Shown: positions 1-9,519 of the stretch, one piece after another
Layout: each line of letters begins with the position of its first letter
Numbering within the stretch: the stretch's first letter is position 1
Source: Candidatus Marinacidobacterales bacterium
Lineage (GTDB): Bacteria; Acidobacteriota; Vicinamibacteria; Marinacidobacterales; DATDRI01
Reading direction: 5' to 3'
NCBI GenBank assembly: GCA_965219415.1
Contig: CBDCNP010000002.1
Location: 2,880,001 to 2,944,000 of the forward strand
DNA: 64,000 nucleotides
The notes under the pieces: model-generated
What the model was told of the DNA's origin: nothing
The model's input: only the letters and a program-made list of their open reading frames with translations
The model's database searches: none
Translations under genes and position numbers: made by a program

Positions 1-339
1 AGGAGGTCTTCGGGCAACTCTGGGATTACCGCACCGAACGCGGCGCTCGCGCCTTTTTCACTCGTTGGAAAGACAGCCTCAAATGGCAACGCCTGCATCC
101 GTACCAGAAGTTCGCCGGTATGATTGAGTCCCATTGGGATGGTATCGCCTCCTACTGTCATCCGGAGAACAAAGTCAGTCTCGGCCTAGTTGAAGGGGTC
201 AACAACAAAATCCGTGTTCTGCAACGACGCGCCTACGGCTATCGCGACGAGGAATATCTCAAGCTGAAGATCGTGGCGGCTTTCCTTCCGCCATTACCCA
301 GAAATGCAGTTTTCAACCCACACGAATCCGCGTAGACCC
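1..339 (+). mobile_element. ISL3-family insertion sequence, right part (transposase C-terminus 3..335 plus right end)
   Basis: The frame from position 3 reads EVFGQLWDY...HWDGIASY...VEGVNNKIRVLQRRAYGYRDEEYLKLKI, the typical ISL3 C-terminus. It ends at CCACACGAATCCGCGTAGACCC, which resembles an ISL3 terminal repeat. Confidence 0.88.
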
Positions 340-341
340 AG

Positions 342-494
342 AACTTCATCATTCTAATCATCGTCGAGTTGGACCTGGCCAAGTCCTTCGGCAAGGGGGT
401 GGGCTTCGCGATTGGGCTCATCCTGCTGGGCCCCATCTTCATCATGATCCTGGGGTTCGGTGACGCGAGGTATCAGGGTCCCGCCGCGGCGTAG
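342..494 (+). pseudogene. 3' remnant of a DUF5684-like small membrane protein, interrupted by the ISL3
   Basis: Not in the ORF track. Translates NFIILIIVELDLAKSFGKGVGFAIGLILLGPIFIMILGFGDARYQGPAAA*, starting immediately after the IS end. Confidence 0.7.
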
Positions 495-505
495 GGCGCC
501 CCTGC

Positions 506-1393
506 TCAAGTCGATGTAATCGCGAACTCGATCAAGATACCACCGACGAACTTGGTGGTAATCGTCCTGTCGTCCTGCGAATACGTGCGGGTCATGATTT
601 CCATGGAGCCTTGCTGCTCGGTGGCAGCCGTTCCCGCCGGCCCAAGGAGCCTCTCTACCTGCTGTAACGTCAACCCTTTCTTCAACTTGGTGACTTCGCG
701 CTCGGGAGGGTCGTTGGGCCGAGTCGTTTCGGTCGCGTCAGCGGCGGCCGGGATAGAAAGGTTTTCCTGAGCGGCGGGGAAGTCCACGAACTTGCTCAAG
801 GCCTCCACGATTCCATTAGGTGTGACTGCCTCCGGCGGAACGGCGTTGTGGTAACGGATGTTGAACCGGCTTCCCGACTGCGCTCGACGCGCCCGCTCGT
901 CGGCGGCTTGGGCTACTTTGGCCTGGGCGGACTGGGCGCTGGCCCAGGCGTTGTCCTGTCTCCGCTCCCGTCGAAGATCGTCTTGTTCGTCCTTGAGTTC
1001 CTTTCGCTTCTGAGGATCCGTTTCCCATTTCAGCTCTTGCTCTATGTTCTTTTCTCGTCTCGACTTCCCTTGGTTGTAGGAGCCAGATGAGTAGGTAGAG
1101 GCGCTCGCTAGGTTGTCGGCGAAGGTTCCGAAGCCACCACCTCCGAGCTGAAACTCGATATGCTTTTTCTTGATGTGCACCTTCGTCACCATGATGGATT
1201 GTCCCGCGTGGACTCCCGTGCCGTTGGTCTTGAGATTCTGCGCCAACTTGCGGAAATCGACCGGCATCGGCTCGTTAGGGTAGACGTCCACCCCGATTTG
1301 GCTGGCTGGCATGTCGAGCTTCACGACCACCGTCATGCCTTCGAAGTACTGGCGGAGGACGGATTCGCTCTGCGCTGAAGCGAAGCTCGACAC
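506..1393 (-). CDS. Hypothetical secreted protein with a coiled-coil and a C-terminal SmpA/BamE-like repeat; N-terminus apparently lost
   Basis: 295-aa ORF that begins at the tail of a signal peptide (VSSFASAQ). The C-terminal LKKGLTLQQVERLLGP motif is BamE-like. Confidence 0.6.
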   Translation of the reverse strand: MSSFASAQSESVLRQYFEGMTVVVKLDMPASQIGVDVYPNEPMPVDFRKLAQNLKTNGTGVHAGQSIMVTKVHIKKKHIEFQLGGGGFGTFADNLASASTYSSGSYNQGKSRREKNIEQELKWETDPQKRKELKDEQDDLRRERRQDNAWASAQSAQAKVAQAADERARRAQSGSRFNIRYHNAVPPEAVTPNGIVEALSKFVDFPAAQENLSIPAAADATETTRPNDPPEREVTKLKKGLTLQQVERLLGPAGTAATEQQGSMEIMTRTYSQDDRTITTKFVGGILIEFAITST

Positions 1394-1778
1394 CGACGAC
1401 TTGAACGCGATCCCCCAGCAAGGCCGTGCCGAGGTTCACGATCGATCCGCCACGCCGGCCGACCGCGGCTAGATAGTTATCTGTCCCGGTTCCTCCGGAG
1501 CTCTCCGTTAGCAGAACGATGGCTTCCTCGTGCCCGTCACCGTCCAGATCTCCTGTCAGCCGGAAGTCGCGGACGAGCCGCACCCTGGGACGAGACGCCA
1601 CCCCGGGAACGAAGGGCTCGCCTTCGAAGGAGCCGTTCTCGAGTTGTACTGCATGGTCGTAGATTCCTTGATAGGAACAGTTCGCAAGCTCATCCGGTGA
1701 AGGCGCTTCTGATTGTGCCAGAGCGAGACTGGCCGGGAACACTAGGATCGACAAGATTTGGATTCTAACGGCGATCAC
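1394..1778 (-). pseudogene. N-terminal part of a secreted protein of the type often fused to META domains, truncated at LGDRVQV
   Basis: Signal peptide, then GDLDGDGHEEAIVLLTESSGGTG...LGDRVQV, after which the frame runs out of phase into the downstream gene. Confidence 0.55.
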
Positions 1779-1956
1779 ATTCGTCTCCCGGAGTGATCAC
1801 GGAACCAGAACTAGAGAGAACTTCTTGAATGGCGGTTAATTTTCTGAGATGGGAATTCCTGGGAATCCTCTAGGGCAGAATATCAGAAGTGGAAAAAATG
1901 TTGGAGTCTCTGCTAGTCAAGGATGCAGAAGCGAGCGAGGCTTCCCAACGCCTATA

Positions 1957-2713
1957 TCAACGGCGCCACGTCAGCTCGAACTCGTAGGTATCCGCCCCGT
2001 TCTTGTCGTCCTCTATTCTCACTACCGCCGTGTAGTTATTCGAGGAGCTTGGGGCCTGAACGAGCTCCACCTCGCCCCGGCCGTCAATCTTGTGGAGCGA
2101 TACCGGCACCTCGCGTTCGGGAAGGGGAGACTGGAAGCGGGCGCGACGCTCCTGGGTCCCTTGACCACCCATGTCTTTCACGAGATGCTCGTCGCCGCGG
2201 ATCTCGATCTCGGCACCGATGTCGACGCGTCCTTCCCAACGGAAGACACCTTCTCGACGATTGTCGAAGTCGTCCCACTCATCGTCGTCATCCCAATCGT
2301 TGTTGTCCCAGTCATCCCAGTCATCGCGTCGCCAGACGAGCTCGAACTCATAGTAGTCGTCTCCCATCTGCTTCCCGTCGTCGAGTCGGACGACGGCTGT
2401 ATAGTCGTTCCACGAGCTCGGTTCCTCGATGAGCCGCACGTCTCCGCGCCCTTTGATCTTGTTGAGCTTGAGATGGATCTCGCGAGCTCGGGAGTGGCGC
2501 GCTGAACCGATGGTCCTGGCGCTGGATGGGCTTGGCTTCAATATGATTGATACGGATAGATTCGCCGCGGATCATAATCTCGTCCACGCCATCCACTTGT
2601 CCCCGCCACTGAAAACGCTCTTCCTTTGCGGTAGCTTCCGCAGGGACAGGTCCAGCGTCCATCCAGCAGCCGCTCACCAGCAAGAATTTCCCTAGAAAGA
2701 GTTTCGCATCCAT
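1957..2713 (-). CDS. Hypothetical secreted protein with two tandem beta-rich repeat domains, frameshifted near 2486
   Basis: ORFs 2348..2749 and 1957..2541 join into FxWxGxVD...F.SPLP.RE...GRG.V.L...PS..N.YTAVVR..D......YEFEL.W, present twice and separated by a D/W-rich linker. Confidence 0.7.
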
Positions 2714-2891
2714 CCTGATTTCTCCTTTACCACTATAGAACCACATCAAGGAGCCTGTCGCCAGGTCCCCGGCGCCTGGCTAGCCTGATTCTAGCCCCGC
2801 GCTATCTTGGCGCCTGAAGTGAGCTTCAGTACGGCCCTTGACGGGAGCGGGCTCACGGTTTAAAAGTGCTTCCGGACAGGAGGTATTCGGT

Positions 2892-4196
2892 ATGCAAAGG
2901 CTTACAAGCGTTCTGATCTTGGTGCTGTCGACGGCGGTGGGTGCGGCGGCACAATCAGGTGACTCCGACGTCAAGGCCATCGTGGGGGCCAACGTCGTGG
3001 ATATCGAAGGCGGGGAGCCGATCCGTGATGCGGTGGTGGTGATCGTGGACGAGCGGATTTCCGCCATTGGCCCGGCTTCGAGCACCCGGGTTCCGACCGG
3101 GGCGGAGGTGATCCATGCCGATGGTATGTGGCTCGTTCCCGGCCTCATGAACATGCACGTCCACTTCGGCCTGAAGCTGCCCGGGAAGATGGCGGCCGAA
3201 TTGGCCAATGAAAAGGACACCGAGCTCGCCCTCCGTGTGGCCGACAATGCTCGACAGTCGCTTTTGTCGGGCGTCACGACCATACGAAGCACCGGTGACA
3301 CGGGCGCCGCGTCGATTGCCCTCGATAAGGCGATCAAGAAGGGCCACGCCGTCGGGCCTCGCATCTGGAGCCCCAGCGACGCCGTGCCCATCTCCGGCGG
3401 CCATGGGGCGAGACATGGCAAAACCTACGATGGTCCTTACGAGCTCATGAAGGCGGTTAGAGAACGCGTGGCCGACGGGGCGAGCTGGATCAAGATAGCG
3501 ATTTCCGGAGGCATCGCGAGCCAAGGGGGCGCCATCGCGGAAGCCACCATGACGCCCGAGGAAATGGAAGCGGTGATCGATTCGGCCCACCGTTTCGGGC
3601 GCAAGGTAACTGCGCACTCCGGCTCCCCGCAGGCAACGTCAACGGCCGTCGACCTGGGCGTCGACTGCATCGAACATGGCTACTTTCTCGATCGTCCCAC
3701 GCTCGAGAAGATGAAGGCGAACGGTGTCTGGTTGGTGCCCACCATCGTGGTCAGTCAGCCGGCTACCGCGCCTTTCTTCGAGAAGATCGGTTCTCCCGAG
3801 TGGTATCTGAAGCGTCGGGACTCGGTCGGTAAGGATCATTGGAAGGCGCTCCAGACGGCGATTGAAGTCGGCGTCAACATCGGTCTGGGTACGGATCAAT
3901 TTCCTCATGAGCCGAACGATGGCACGACGGCCACCGTCCGTGAGGCTCAGTACTACGTCGAAGCGGGCATGACGCCGCTCCAAGCATTGCGGTCCGGGAC
4001 CATCGAAACGGCGAAGCTTCTCGGTGCCGAAAAAGACATCGGCTCCATCGAGGTCGGTAAGTACGCGGACATCCTGGCGGTGCCGAGGGATCCGACCGCG
4101 GACATCAAGGCTCTCCGCCAGATTCAGTTCGTGATGAAGGGCGGCGAGGTGTACCGCAACGACATGGCGGCCGGAGCTCGGGCTTCGGGCCGGTAG
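2892..4196 (+). CDS. Secreted metal-dependent amidohydrolase (prolidase/Xaa-Pro dipeptidase-like), copy 1
   Basis: Signal peptide; PGLMNMHVH, WIKI, VTAHS, CIEHG, GTD and GSIEVGKYAD motifs. Start placed at ATG 2892 after AGGAGG. Confidence 0.9.
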   Translation: MQRLTSVLILVLSTAVGAAAQSGDSDVKAIVGANVVDIEGGEPIRDAVVVIVDERISAIGPASSTRVPTGAEVIHADGMWLVPGLMNMHVHFGLKLPGKMAAELANEKDTELALRVADNARQSLLSGVTTIRSTGDTGAASIALDKAIKKGHAVGPRIWSPSDAVPISGGHGARHGKTYDGPYELMKAVRERVADGASWIKIAISGGIASQGGAIAEATMTPEEMEAVIDSAHRFGRKVTAHSGSPQATSTAVDLGVDCIEHGYFLDRPTLEKMKANGVWLVPTIVVSQPATAPFFEKIGSPEWYLKRRDSVGKDHWKALQTAIEVGVNIGLGTDQFPHEPNDGTTATVREAQYYVEAGMTPLQALRSGTIETAKLLGAEKDIGSIEVGKYADILAVPRDPTADIKALRQIQFVMKGGEVYRNDMAAGARASGR

Positions 4197-4216
4197 GTCG
4201 GTAAGGAAGTAATGAT

Positions 4217-5524
4217 ATGCGACAAATTCAGAACGCTCTGATTGGGCTGTCCGCGGCGCTTGCTTTATTGATGCCGCAGGCAGCGGAGTCTCAAGTAAAG
4301 GCCATTGTTGGCGCCAATGTCGTCGATCTCGATGGCGGGCCGGCGATCCGGGATGCCGTCGTCGTGATCGAAGGCGAGCGCATCTCCGCCCTCGGCCCAT
4401 CGGGAAGCGTACGCATTCCCTCGGGAGCGGAAGTCATTCCCGCCGATGGCATGTGGCTCACGCCTGGCCTCATGAACATGCACGTCCACTTCGCGCTGAT
4501 GCTGCCCGGCAAGATGCAAGCCGAGCTCGCCAACGAAAAGGAGACTGAGAAAGCACTCCGCGTCGCCCACAACGCGCGGCTATCTCTCCTTTCGGGTGTG
4601 ACCACGGTACGCCTCCCGGGAGATAAGCGCGAGACGGCGATCGCGCTCGATAAAGCCATCAAGAAGGGCCAGGCCGTGGGTCCGCGTATCTTCAGCGCCG
4701 GCGAATCGGTCCCTATCACCGCGGGACACGGTAGCCGCGGTGTAAGACGGACCTACGATGGGCCCAGCGAGCTCATCAAGGCGGTCCGTGAGCGGGTTAA
4801 TGCAGGGGCGAGCTGGATCAAGATTCTCATTTCCGGTGGCATCTCGACGCAAGGTGGCAACATTGCCGAGGCCACCATGACTCCAGGGGAGATGGAAGCC
4901 GTGATCGACGCCGCGCACCGGTTCGGGCGAAAAGTAACTGCACACTCCGGTTCTCCGCAGGCAACGTCAACAGCCGTCGACTTGGGCATTGACTGCATCG
5001 AACATGGGTATTTTCTCGATCGCCCCACGCTCGAGAAGATGAAGGCGAACGGTGTGTGGCTGGTGCCCACCATCGTCGTCAGCCAGCCAGCCACCGAGCC
5101 CTTCTTCAAGAAGATCGGTTCTCCCGAGTGGTATCTGAAGCGCCGGGACTCGGTGGGCAAGGAGCATTGGAAGGCGCTGCAGACGGCTATCGAGCTCGGG
5201 GTCAACATCGGTCTCGGTACGGATCAAATGCCTTATGAGCCCAACGCCGGGACAACCGCCACAATACGGGAGGTTCAGTACTACGCGGCGGCAGGGATGA
5301 CGCCGCTTCAGGCCTTGCGGGCGGGCACGATCGAGACGGCGAGAATGCTCGGTGCCGAAAAGGACATCGGCTCCATCGAGGTGGGCAAGTACGCGGACAT
5401 CCTGGCCGTCCCGAGTGATCCAACCGCGGACATCAAGGCGCTTCGTCAGATTCAGTTCGTGATGAAGGGCGGTGAGGTGTATCGCAACGACATGGTTACC
5501 GGAAGTCGACCTTCCGGCCAATAA
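4217..5524 (+). CDS. Secreted amidohydrolase, copy 2
   Basis: Same motifs (NMHVH, WIKI, AHS, EHG, GTD) and a signal peptide. Confidence 0.9.
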   Translation: MRQIQNALIGLSAALALLMPQAAESQVKAIVGANVVDLDGGPAIRDAVVVIEGERISALGPSGSVRIPSGAEVIPADGMWLTPGLMNMHVHFALMLPGKMQAELANEKETEKALRVAHNARLSLLSGVTTVRLPGDKRETAIALDKAIKKGQAVGPRIFSAGESVPITAGHGSRGVRRTYDGPSELIKAVRERVNAGASWIKILISGGISTQGGNIAEATMTPGEMEAVIDAAHRFGRKVTAHSGSPQATSTAVDLGIDCIEHGYFLDRPTLEKMKANGVWLVPTIVVSQPATEPFFKKIGSPEWYLKRRDSVGKEHWKALQTAIELGVNIGLGTDQMPYEPNAGTTATIREVQYYAAAGMTPLQALRAGTIETARMLGAEKDIGSIEVGKYADILAVPSDPTADIKALRQIQFVMKGGEVYRNDMVTGSRPSGQ

Positions 5525-5550
5525 GGAAGAGTAAGGTTAGGTATCAAAAG

Positions 5551-6855
5551 ATGCGACAAATTCAGAACGCTCTGATGGGGCTGTCTGCGGCGGCACTCGT
5601 GCTCTTGGCGCCGCAGACAGCGCAGTCTCAAGTGAAAGCGATCGTCGGCGCGAGCGTGGTGGATCTCGACGGCGGCCCCGCGATTCGAGATGCCGTCGTC
5701 GTCATCGATGGCGAGCGAATCTCCGCGATCGGTCCGTCGGGGAGTACGCGGGTTCCTTCGGGAGCGGAAGTGATCCGTGCCGACGGCATGTGGCTGCTTC
5801 CGGGCCTGATGAACATGCATCAGCACTTCGGGTTCATCCTTCCAGGCAAGATGCAGGCCGAGCTGGCGAACGAGAAAGATACCGAGCTGGCACTTCGCGT
5901 CGCCGACAATGCGCGCGGATCCCTTCTTGCCGGCGTGACTACGGTGCGGCCGCCCGGCGACAGTCGTTCGGCGGCGATTGCTCTCAAGAAGGCTATCGAC
6001 AAGGGGCAGGCCATCGGCCCGCGCATCTACAGTGCCGGTGAGGCAGTTCCCATTACCGCAGGCCACGGAGCCGGCGAAGTCACCTACGACGGTCCTTACG
6101 AGCTCATCAAGGCGGTTCGGGAGCGCGTCGCCGCCGGCGCTGTATGGATCAAGATCATGATCTCCGGAGGCATCGCGACCCAGAGCGGAGCGATCGGGAA
6201 AGCCACCATGACGCCGGAAGAGATGGGAGCGGTGATCGATGCCGCACACCGGTTCGGCAGGAAGGTTACTGCTCACTCCGGCTCCTCGCAAGCGACGACG
6301 ACGGCGGTCGAGTTGGGGATCGATTGCATCGAGCATGGTTACATGCTCGATCGCGAGACCCTGATGAAAATGAAGGAGCATGGTACGTGGCTGGTGCCGA
6401 CGATGGTAGTAACCCAGCCGGCCACACAACCGTTCTTCGAGAAGATCGGTTCCCCGGAGTGGTACCTCAAGCGGCGCGACTCGGTGGGCAAGGAGCACTG
6501 GAAGATGCTTCAAATGGCCATTGAGGTCGGAGTCAACATCGCGCTCGGCACCGACCAGCTTCCCCAAGAGCCCAACGATGGAACGATCGCAACGGTCCGG
6601 GAGGCCGAATACTACGTGGCGGCGGGGATGACGCCGCTTCAAGCATTGCGATCCGGCACCATCGAAACGGCCAAGCTTCTCGATGCCGACAGTGACATCG
6701 GCTCCATCGAAGTCGGCAAGTACGCCGACATCTTGGCGGTGCCGAGCGATCCGACGGCGAACATCAAAGCCCTCCGTCAGATTCAGTTCGTGATGAAGGG
6801 CGGCGAGGTGTACCGCAACGACATGGCTACCGGCGGTCGGGCCTCGGGGCGATAA
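5551..6855 (+). CDS. Secreted amidohydrolase, copy 3
   Basis: NMHQH variant; other metal ligands conserved. Confidence 0.9.
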   Translation: MRQIQNALMGLSAAALVLLAPQTAQSQVKAIVGASVVDLDGGPAIRDAVVVIDGERISAIGPSGSTRVPSGAEVIRADGMWLLPGLMNMHQHFGFILPGKMQAELANEKDTELALRVADNARGSLLAGVTTVRPPGDSRSAAIALKKAIDKGQAIGPRIYSAGEAVPITAGHGAGEVTYDGPYELIKAVRERVAAGAVWIKIMISGGIATQSGAIGKATMTPEEMGAVIDAAHRFGRKVTAHSGSSQATTTAVELGIDCIEHGYMLDRETLMKMKEHGTWLVPTMVVTQPATQPFFEKIGSPEWYLKRRDSVGKEHWKMLQMAIEVGVNIALGTDQLPQEPNDGTIATVREAEYYVAAGMTPLQALRSGTIETAKLLDADSDIGSIEVGKYADILAVPSDPTANIKALRQIQFVMKGGEVYRNDMATGGRASGR

Positions 6856-6868
6856 AGGGGGCACAACG

Positions 6869-8179
6869 ATGCGACGAATTCAGAACGTTTTGTCAATTTT
6901 CACAGCGGCGGCACTCGGGTTCTTGGCCCCGCAAACGGCGCAGTCTCAGGTGAAGGCGATCGTGGGCGCGACCGTGGTCGATCTCGACGGCGGAGCGCCG
7001 ATTCGAGACGCCGTCGTCGTCATCGATGGCGAGCGAATCTCCGCCATCGGTCCGTCGGGGAGTACGCGGGTTCCCTCTGGGGCGGAAGTGATTCGTGCCG
7101 ACGGCATGTGGCTCGTTCCCGGTCTGATGAACATGCACCATCACTTTGGTTACATGATGCCCGGCCCGATGACCGCTGAGCTGAGGAATGAGAAGAATAC
7201 CGAGCTGGTACTCCGCGTCGCCGACAACGCTCGACAAGCTCTACTCTCGGGAGTGACGACGGTAAGGCCTCCCGGCGATCGGCGCGAGGCTGCCATCGCA
7301 CTCAAGAAAGCCATCGACAAGGGCCAGGCGATCGGTCCCCGTATTTTCAGCGCCGGCGAAGCGATCCCTATCACCGCGGGTCACGGCAGCAACCACGTCA
7401 GGAGGACCTACGACGGGCCCGACGAGTTAACCGAGGCGGTCCGCAGCCGCGTCGCCGCCGGGGCGGTCTGGATCAAGATCATGGTTTCCGGAGGCATTGC
7501 CACTACTGGCGGCGATATCTCGGAAGCGCTCATGACGCCCGAGGAGATCGAAGCGGTCATCGACTCTGCCCATCGTTTCGGACGAAAGGTGACCGCCCAC
7601 TCCGGCTCGCCGAAGGCGACGATGACCGCGGTCGACTTGGGGATCGATTGCATCGAGCACGGCTACATGCTCAATCGTGAAGCCCTCGTCAAGATGAAAG
7701 AGAACGATGTCTGGCTCGTCCCGACAATGGTGGTTACACAGCCCGAGACGGACCCGCTCCACGAGACGTTCGATTTGCCGGCTTGGTACGTGGCGCGACG
7801 CGAGGCGGTCGGGAAGCTTCACCTCAAGGCGATCCAGATGGCCATCGAGGAGGGCGTCAACATTGCTCTGGGGACAGACTTCCTACCCGCAGAGCCCGCC
7901 AACGGAACCACCGTCACAGTGGTCGAGGCCGAGCTTTACGTCAAGGCGGGGATGACGTCGCTTCAGGCGTTGAGAGCAGCGACCATCGAGCCGGCGAGGC
8001 TTCTCGAAGCCGAAGAGGACATCGGTTCACTCGAGATCGGCAAGTACGCGGATATTCTTGCGGTGCCGAATGATCCCACGAAGGACATTTCGACTCTTCG
8101 CCAAATTCAGTTCGTGATGAAGGGCGGCGAGGTGTACCGCAACGACATGGCTACCGGAAGTCGGGCTTCCGACCAATAG
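6869..8179 (+). CDS. Secreted amidohydrolase, copy 4
   Basis: NMHHH and GTDFLP variants. Confidence 0.9.
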   Translation: MRRIQNVLSIFTAAALGFLAPQTAQSQVKAIVGATVVDLDGGAPIRDAVVVIDGERISAIGPSGSTRVPSGAEVIRADGMWLVPGLMNMHHHFGYMMPGPMTAELRNEKNTELVLRVADNARQALLSGVTTVRPPGDRREAAIALKKAIDKGQAIGPRIFSAGEAIPITAGHGSNHVRRTYDGPDELTEAVRSRVAAGAVWIKIMVSGGIATTGGDISEALMTPEEIEAVIDSAHRFGRKVTAHSGSPKATMTAVDLGIDCIEHGYMLNREALVKMKENDVWLVPTMVVTQPETDPLHETFDLPAWYVARREAVGKLHLKAIQMAIEEGVNIALGTDFLPAEPANGTTVTVVEAELYVKAGMTSLQALRAATIEPARLLEAEEDIGSLEIGKYADILAVPNDPTKDISTLRQIQFVMKGGEVYRNDMATGSRASDQ

Positions 8180-8203
8180 AGTAAAGTAAGGCTGGTGATT
8201 CGA

Positions 8204-9511
8204 ATGCGACAAGTTCAGAAAACTCTAATCGGGTTATTTGTGGCGGCAGTTGTTTTCTTGGCGCCGCATACTGCGCAGTCTCAAGTGAAGGCGATCGTCG
8301 GCGCGAGCATAGTCGATCTCGACCGCGGCTCCGCGGTCGGGGATGGCGTGGTGGTGATCGAAGGAGAGCGAATCTCTGCGATCGGCCCGTCGGGCAGCAC
8401 GCGTATTCCGGCGGGCGCGGAAGTCATTCGCGCCAACGGCATGTGGCTCGTTCCCGGCCTCATGAACATGCACACGCACCTCGGTGTCATCATGGCGGCG
8501 CAGAAGGCGGAACTGGCCAATGAAAAGACGACGGAGTTGGCCCTGCGGGTCGCCGCCAATGGGCGCAAAGTTCTCTTGTCGGGCGTGACGACGATTCGAT
8601 CACCCGGTGACAGGAAGGGTGCGGCTCTGGCTCTCAAGAAGGCGATCGCCAAGGGTCAAGCGGAGGGGCCGCGCATCTTCAGCGCGGGCGCGGGGCTGCC
8701 GATCACGGCTGGGCACGGCAGCGACAGTGGCGCGGAGACGTATGATGGTCCTTATGAGCTCATCAAGGCGGTCCGCAGTCGGGTTGCCGATGGGGCGGTT
8801 TGGATCAAGATCTTCACGTCCGGCGGCATCTCGACTCCGGGGGGTGACATTTCCGAGGCCCTGATGACGCCCGAGGAGATCGAAGCGGTGATCGACGCCG
8901 CCCATCGTTTCGGTCGAAAGGTGACCGCGCATTCGGGCTCTTCGAAAGCGACGAGTCTGGCGGTCGACGCGGGCATCGACTGCATCGAACACGGCTATAT
9001 GGTCGACCGTGAGACCCTATTAAAGATGAAGGCGAATGGCGTTTGGCTTGTTCCAACCATCACCGTGACTCAGCCGGCGAGCACACCCTTCTTCGAACAG
9101 CAAGGACCTCCTGCGTGGTACATGGCTCGCCGCGAAACAGTGGGAATAACGCATTGGCAGGCTCTCCGGACGGCGATCGCGGAAGGGCTCGACATCGCTC
9201 TGGGCACGGACTTCCTACCCTCGGAGCCGATCGATGGTACAACGGCCACCATCCGGGAGATCGAATACTACGTGGCGGCGGGGATGACACCGACTCAAGC
9301 CTTGCGAAGCGCGACAATCGAAACCGCTAAGCTTCTCGACGCCGATAAGGACATCGGTTCACTCGAAGTCGGCAAGTACGCGGACATCTTGGCGATGCCG
9401 AGCGATCCCACCAAAGACATCTCCGCCCTTCGCGAGATTCAGTTCGTGATGAAGGGGGGGACCGTCTACCGTAACGACATCGGCGGCGGGAGTCGAGCTT
9501 CCGGACGATAG
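8204..9511 (+). CDS. Secreted amidohydrolase, copy 5
   Basis: NMHTH and GTDFLP variants. Start MRQVQK chosen by alignment with the paralogs. Confidence 0.9.
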   Translation: MRQVQKTLIGLFVAAVVFLAPHTAQSQVKAIVGASIVDLDRGSAVGDGVVVIEGERISAIGPSGSTRIPAGAEVIRANGMWLVPGLMNMHTHLGVIMAAQKAELANEKTTELALRVAANGRKVLLSGVTTIRSPGDRKGAALALKKAIAKGQAEGPRIFSAGAGLPITAGHGSDSGAETYDGPYELIKAVRSRVADGAVWIKIFTSGGISTPGGDISEALMTPEEIEAVIDAAHRFGRKVTAHSGSSKATSLAVDAGIDCIEHGYMVDRETLLKMKANGVWLVPTITVTQPASTPFFEQQGPPAWYMARRETVGITHWQALRTAIAEGLDIALGTDFLPSEPIDGTTATIREIEYYVAAGMTPTQALRSATIETAKLLDADKDIGSLEVGKYADILAMPSDPTKDISALREIQFVMKGGTVYRNDIGGGSRASGR

Positions 9512-9519
9512 GCATCGCA

